DNA of 64,000 nucleotides from Bryobacterales bacterium. Lineage in GTDB: Bacteria; Acidobacteriota; Terriglobia; Bryobacterales; UBA6623. Positions 63,201 to 64,000 of this stretch are shown here, piece after piece (the first letter of the stretch is position 1; every line of letters starts with the position of its first letter). The notes beneath the pieces are model-generated. The model had not been told where the DNA came from, searched no databases, and was given only the letters and a program-made list of their open reading frames with translations. The stretch spans positions 806,105 through 870,104 of the forward strand of contig OZ241991.1 of the NCBI GenBank assembly GCA_965204095.1. Direction: 5' to 3'. A program made the translations under genes and the position numbers.

Positions 63201-63659
63201 GTCCGCGTTTTTCGCCAGCCGGAAGGTTTCGAGCTTCGCCGTTCGGCCCGCCGCGTCTTCGCCGACCAGTACGAAGTCCCGCAGATTGGTCACCAGCACC
63301 AGCCGGTAGCGGCCCCAATAGCGGCTCACCTGCTGGCCCTCCGCGGTCACCCAGGCGTCGTCGTCGGCAGACTTTACCTCGACCACGCCGCGCTCCGGCG
63401 TCTGCCCCTCGCGCAGCTTGCCCTTCTGCAACTGCTTCGCCGCATACAGGCCGAAGTCGGGGTGCCCCGCGCCTTGGTTCGCGAGTGCGCTGACGCAGAA
63501 CACCTTCGGCTTGAGCGTCGCGCCGACCGCGTTGAGCAGGTTGCCGAGCGGCCCGTAGCTCGACAACTCGCCGGTCGAGCCACCCGAGGCGCGCACCTTC
63601 CCGAGATCGGCGAAGTATGCCTCCACCGCCGCCCTCAGCTTGCTGTTCGTTCCCGTCAC
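60285..63659 (-). CDS. single-chain restriction-modification-type enzyme: N6-adenine DNA methyltransferase with a candidate N-terminal PD-(D/E)xK nuclease and a C-terminal specificity region (Type IIG/IIL-like)
   Basis: GVWYTPAEVVRYMV, motif I VLDPCCGTGAYL, motif IV GNPPYNG. N-terminus GHPDFGLY...(24 aa)...VVEVKS. About 480 C-terminal residues end in WCYKLGGYQVLKKWLSYRE. GTG start at 63659. Confidence 0.8.
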   Translation of the reverse strand: MTGTNSKLRAAVEAYFADLGKVRASGGSTGELSSYGPLGNLLNAVGATLKPKVFCVSALANQGAGHPDFGLYAAKQLQKGKLREGQTPERGVVEVKSADDDAWVTAEGQQVSRYWGRYRLVLVTNLRDFVLVGEDAAGRTAKLETFRLAKNADDFQRGLDKPRAFARKAGAGLGEYLARVLSHRAALAEPRDLAWLLASYARDGLARVEAAGDAPSLTAVRSALEEALGVRFEGEKGARFFHSTLVQTLFYGVFSAWVLWARQLPPPASTFDWRTAVWHLRAPVLRALFQQLSDPGRLQPLGLVEVLDWTAGALDRVDRAAFFSKFNEGEAVPYFYEPFLEAFDPGLRRQLGVWYTPAEVVRYMVARVDKALKDDLGIADGLAAENVYVLDPCCGTGAYLAEVLRRIAANLEGRGLGALTGARVKQAAAERVFGFEIMPAPFVVAHLQVGLTMQSLDAPLADDGSERAGVFLTNALTGWEPRIQKPLPFPELEEERERAEHVKQETPILVILGNPPYNGFAGMAVDEERELSEAYRKVKGVRKPEGQGLNDLYVRFFRMAERRIAEKTGRGVICFISNYSWLDGLSFTGMRERYLEAFDAVRIDNLHGDRIISEYAPDGRTSETVFALRGQSPGIKVGTSIALLSRSGTVTGPSTGGRILYRNFHQARADERRRALLDSLDASEIDSGYSALEPDLRLDLPFKPMAVSEEWFDWPALPDLFPVSFPGVKTDRDTFLIDVDLDRLRERMADYFDVSLSHEEIARRYPAAMRNTTSVQSDACAVRDERLVRGGPDGAAYLRCTYRPFDNRWLYWEADNGLLARPRPDYRPHVFEGNLWLSAAQHLRKGAAEPQACFTEHIGQLHLIERSANFFPAWLRNHGIGSGGDGARRPNLSVETQRYLERLGVNVEDLFHHVLVTLHDPSYREANAGALRMEWPRIPLPGWPEGKVDDASEALGESAAHGRELAALLDSEMPVAGVTTGGLRPEIAAIAVPATTHGRNMAGSDFAVTAGWGHYGSGEAVMPGQGRIVERAYTPDERAAMGDTLSTLGETTLDVYLNSNAFWRNVPAAVWCYKLGGYQVLKKWLSYRERAILGRPLKPEEVQHFTDTARRIGAILVVIASRGT

Positions 63660-63913
63660 CGTCTCCGTTGCCGTCGAGCGTGGCGAGGCTCGTTCGCCGG
63701 CTCGCGCAGAGGCAGTTCCAGGTCCACGCCGCCTAGGGGCGCGAACCGGGCGCGGATAGCGCTCGCGAGGTTCTCGGGGCCGGTCTTGCGATCGACGGCC
63801 TCGCGCAGGATCAGCCTCACTTCCTCTTCCATGGAACGGCCGTTCCTGGCCGCCCGCACCCGAAGGAGGGTCTTCACGTCGTCATCGAGATTGCGGATCG
63901 TGATGCTCGCCAT
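63656..63913 (-). CDS. ribbon-helix-helix (Arc/MetJ) antitoxin-like protein, VapB/FitA-type
   Basis: ATG 63913 with GGAGG 7 nt upstream. MASITIRNLDDDVKTLLRVRAARNGRSMEEEVRLILREAV. Its stop TGA overlaps the GTG of the methyltransferase (GTGA). Confidence 0.75.
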   Translation of the reverse strand: MASITIRNLDDDVKTLLRVRAARNGRSMEEEVRLILREAVDRKTGPENLASAIRARFAPLGGVDLELPLREPANEPRHARRQRRR

Positions 63914-64000
63914 GGTCATGCCTCCGTCTGGATTGAACTCTGCCCGATGCGGTGATTGCAGTTGGTTCACGCGAAAGTCCCAGTCGTCAGTCGTTCCGCG

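Noticed and set aside
63260-63659. Whether the N-terminus of the 1124-aa enzyme hides a PIN/VapC domain matching the upstream VapB-like gene
   Set aside because: The N-terminal 130 residues show no PIN acidic quartet pattern (no M-x-LLDTNV-type start). A PD-(D/E)xK-like HPDF...EVK arrangement fits better.

Overview
High-GC chromosomal segment; hand counts on single 60-nt lines give about 40/60 G+C in core genes and 26-31/60 in two islets. Gene content suggests an Acidobacteria-like soil bacterium (inference only, no database search was possible). The pointers are a CarboxypepD_reg-type TonB receptor, an ADOP/FtsX duplicated permease, a DUF1549/DUF1553 + DUF1501 pair, an ASPIC/UnbV FG-GAP protein and Tat-exported SelA-like enzymes. 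I support about 50 protein genes, one tRNA-Pro(GGG), several gene relics and an unusually dense, nested set of intergenic repeats. Core content: a c-type cytochrome + PQQ alcohol dehydrogenase operon; a sugar-acid-like cluster; a mazG-GNAT-OSBS/NSAR operon; kdsB; infA; and a heptose-phosphate-like cluster (gmhA, hldE-type kinase, deoxyhypusine-synthase-like gene, nifS-like gene). There is also a respiratory cluster: Rieske protein, split b6-type cytochrome b, a 1001-aa protein with eight CXXCH motifs, a cupredoxin lipoprotein, ctaA and ctaB. Main second-look items: (1) a 177-bp palindromic MITE-like element with 4-bp YTAR duplications, seen twice as a filled site next to an empty paralogous site. 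(2) A composite repeat whose ends sit at the stop codons of flanking genes. (3) The non-canonical Rieske/cyt b cluster. (4) A hicAB cassette bracketed by two diverged copies of the 3' end of an FGE-like gene, differing mostly at synonymous sites. (5) An accessory islet at the right edge where an RHH antitoxin-like gene overlaps the start of a 1124-aa single-chain nuclease/methyltransferase. (6) Two Tat-signal SelA-like PLP enzymes. Many ORF-track entries are GC-rich shadow frames, and several track start codons lie inside repeats and were moved.
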